This document shows, in pieces, positions 39,435 through 41,616 of a DNA stretch of 41,616 nucleotides. The stretch is taken from the NCBI GenBank assembly GCA_051941275.1, contig JAVEBF010000040.1, positions 1 through 41,616 of the forward strand, in the 5' to 3' direction. The translations under genes were made by a program, and so were the position numbers. The notes beneath the pieces are model-generated. The model was not told the DNA's origin, searched no databases, and saw nothing but the letters and a program-made list of their open reading frames with translations. The DNA is from Dirinaria sp. TL-2023a (Eukaryota). Within the stretch, counting starts at the first letter, position 1, and the number at the start of each line of letters is the position of its first letter.

Positions 39435-40449
39435 ATGGCTCCGTCTTCGTCGATTGTCGTACGCTGTTTTCCTTCGCTAGGCTACCCTACTCATCATGGC
39501 TCTGACACTTGAATAGGCAAAGATCAAGGTGCAATTGAAACTGGCCATTAGCAGGCTGCGAATGGTACAACAGAAAGATACAGCTATAGCCAAACAGCAG
39601 AGGCGAGCAATGGCCCAGCTGCTTGAGGTTTGCCGAGCAGCCATCATTGCATTCCTGTCCACTACTTACAGAACTTAGCAAGGCAAGGAAGAGTCGGCTC
39701 GCATCCGCGTTGAAAATATTATTCGCTCCGATATTGACACAGAGCTTCTTGAGATCCTGGAACTGTACTGCGAACTTTTGCTTGCTCGCACCGGTCTTTT
39801 GGAAGGTAAAGACTGTGATGCTGGTCTTGAAGAAGCCGTCAAGTCTATTATACACGCTGCGCCCAGAACCGAGGTCAAGGAGCTCCAGCAAACACGGCAA
39901 CTGCTCGTTGAGAAGTACGGAAAGGAGTTCGCATTGAAGGCTATGGAGAACTCCGACGGAAAAGTTGCCGAAAGAGTTATCAAGAAGCTGGAGGTAAAGC
40001 CACCAGATCCAGATCTTGTCACGCTCTATCTGAAAGAGATCGCCCGGACCTATGGTGTAAATTGGCCAAAGGGAGAGGCGACTCCGGATGGTCCAAGCGA
40101 TGATGATGATGAACCAAGTGCTGGTCAGGGGATAAAAGTTTTAGAGGATCCCTTGACAACAGATGAACTGACGAAAGCAACGCCGCCGCGAGACCTGGGA
40201 CCTAGGTCTCCCGTGAGCGTAGCTCCACCAAGTCCAAGCACCGACAACATCAGCCCTCGAGTCAGATTACCAGCTCCCCCAGACTTAAAACCTTCTGCAA
40301 AGATAGGCGGCTTAAAGAAGCAAACTCCTAGTACTGAAGCGAAAAGTAATGCCAAGGATACTGAGTCTGGCGGCAAGAAAAATGCTGTTGGTGGCAAGAT
40401 TCCAGATGTTGATGAGCTCGCGAAGAGATTTGCAGCGTTGAAGAAGTAG
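39435..40449 (+). CDS. IST1: ESCRT-III-associated Vps4 regulator Ist1, ~301 aa
   Basis: Exons 39435-39458, 39517-39627 and 39679-40449. Motifs KIKVQLKLAISRLRMVQQK, ESARIRVENIIRSD, ILELYCELLLAR (the ELYC motif) and C-terminal MIM1 DELAKRFAALKK. Confidence 0.95.
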
Positions 40450-41558
40450 TTCCACACAGAATGCCTCTGATGCTGCTACACCCCACAGTAATCGCAAATC
40501 CTATCGAATAGGGCTCTGTAACCCCAGATCCGCTACATATTCTGGTCTGGTCATCTAGTCATGCTGCTGAGTGTTCCAAGCTCTCCAAACCACAGCAAGA
40601 GAATATACCACATGTATCAGTCAGCACAGGCTTCGATTGTCGCCGGAAATGCTGGGCCGCAAACAAGTTCATGTTGAGAGACCTGGAGCCACACGCTACA
40701 GACGACAAGATAGTAATGTCACGATACTAAGACTTGGCTCAGAACCAAGCTATGGCGTCGTCCTTAAAAGCAATAGGGGCTGTAGACTAGATATGGAGGA
40801 TATGCGGTCTTGAGTTGACTCAAAGGAGTGAGGAGAACACACTGATCAATACGGCTCTGATCAAAAGCCAATCGATCATATGCTCCGTGGTTTTCGGTCC
40901 TCTGAACGGGTCTTGTTCCCTGTTCTCCTTGAGATCCTGTCCATTGGTACAATCACGAGGCATAGATTCAGGCTAGTCGACGAAATGCGAAGACTCCTTC
41001 GGGAACAGAGCCTTGGATAGCTCCATGCAGTGCCGAGTTAAGGCTTAGCGAGAGAGCGTGAATTCACTCCATGCCGGTGATCGTGCTTCTTCAACTTAAC
41101 ATCTATCACTTTCCCTCAAATTTCCCAGCAAGCAAAATACTTCAATTCAAGCCTTCTACAGCTGATCCGACCTTACTTTCTTCGCGAGCAATCAGTTGCT
41201 CAGCAGTTTACTCTCTTGCGGACTGCATTCATTCATAACATAGGAGGTGTATCTCGCAATTTCATGTGAGCTAGTCCCATCTATCATCAATGATTCGGAA
41301 TTAGCGTTTGAAGTGAATCAGACCTCTGACCCACTTTCATCCAAGACTCACAATCCCACAAAAGACCACCTTCAATCTTGATACTTTCATCTCGGATCAC
41401 GGCATTCAGAAAAGTAATCCTACAAGCCTATCGCCAACTTTTCTATTGACCTGCTGTACACTCTAATTCAGCTCCCTGTACATTCGAATCTGTAAGTCAG
41501 CCTCATACTTCGACCTCCAGTCTCGACCTCACTCTCACAAGTTCGCCCACAGCTCAAA

Positions 41559-41609
41559 ATGTCCGAACGCCCAAAAAAATCCTCCAACAAATGGAGCGAC
41601 GATGAAAAG
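41559..41609 (+). CDS. First exon of a gene running off the window (MSERPKKSSNKWSDDEK; possible Myb/SANT-like start)
   Basis: CAAAATG Kozak context after a C/T-rich leader, 17 open codons, then a GTACAT donor at 41610. Confidence 0.55.
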
Positions 41610-41616
41610 GTACATC

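Noticed and set aside
33833..40449. SEC18 and IST1 (plus the DIL protein) as a membrane-trafficking cluster
   Set aside because: They act in different pathways, and such proximity is expected by chance in a gene-dense fungal genome.
40500..41500. Short ORFs downstream of IST1
   Set aside because: No motif or credible splice structure; treated as 3'UTR plus the promoter of the gene starting at 41559.

Overview
Eukaryotic DNA from a filamentous ascomycete (Pezizomycotina): gene-dense, with short GT-AG introns of mostly 45-90 nt and CTRAY branch points. The style of one secreted protein hints at a lichen-forming lineage, which is inference only. I hand-spliced 12 complete protein-coding genes plus the first exon of a 13th. 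In order: a JmjC + zinc-finger chromatin protein (DMM-1-like), pentafunctional AROM (ARO1), two small secreted proteins in an accessory-looking interval, an ankyrin/DIL protein, an M13 neprilysin-type peptidase, an LTE1-like RasGEF, a 9-exon ArAE/FUSC-like membrane protein, SEC18/NSF, a Cir_N/LENG1-like protein, an alpha/beta hydrolase and IST1. I found no tRNA, rRNA, CRISPR array or intact transposon. The most notable non-genic signals are: (i) an over-represented intergenic TAAGGTAC/TACCT motif family; (ii) GC-rich 3' gene ends flanking AT-rich, homopolymer-laden convergent spacers, one containing a four-tier G-quadruplex motif; (iii) a ~150-bp fold-back with a 22-bp stem upstream of the membrane-protein gene; (iv) three candidate uORFs upstream of ARO1. 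I cannot demonstrate a new biological system from the sequence alone; these are leads.
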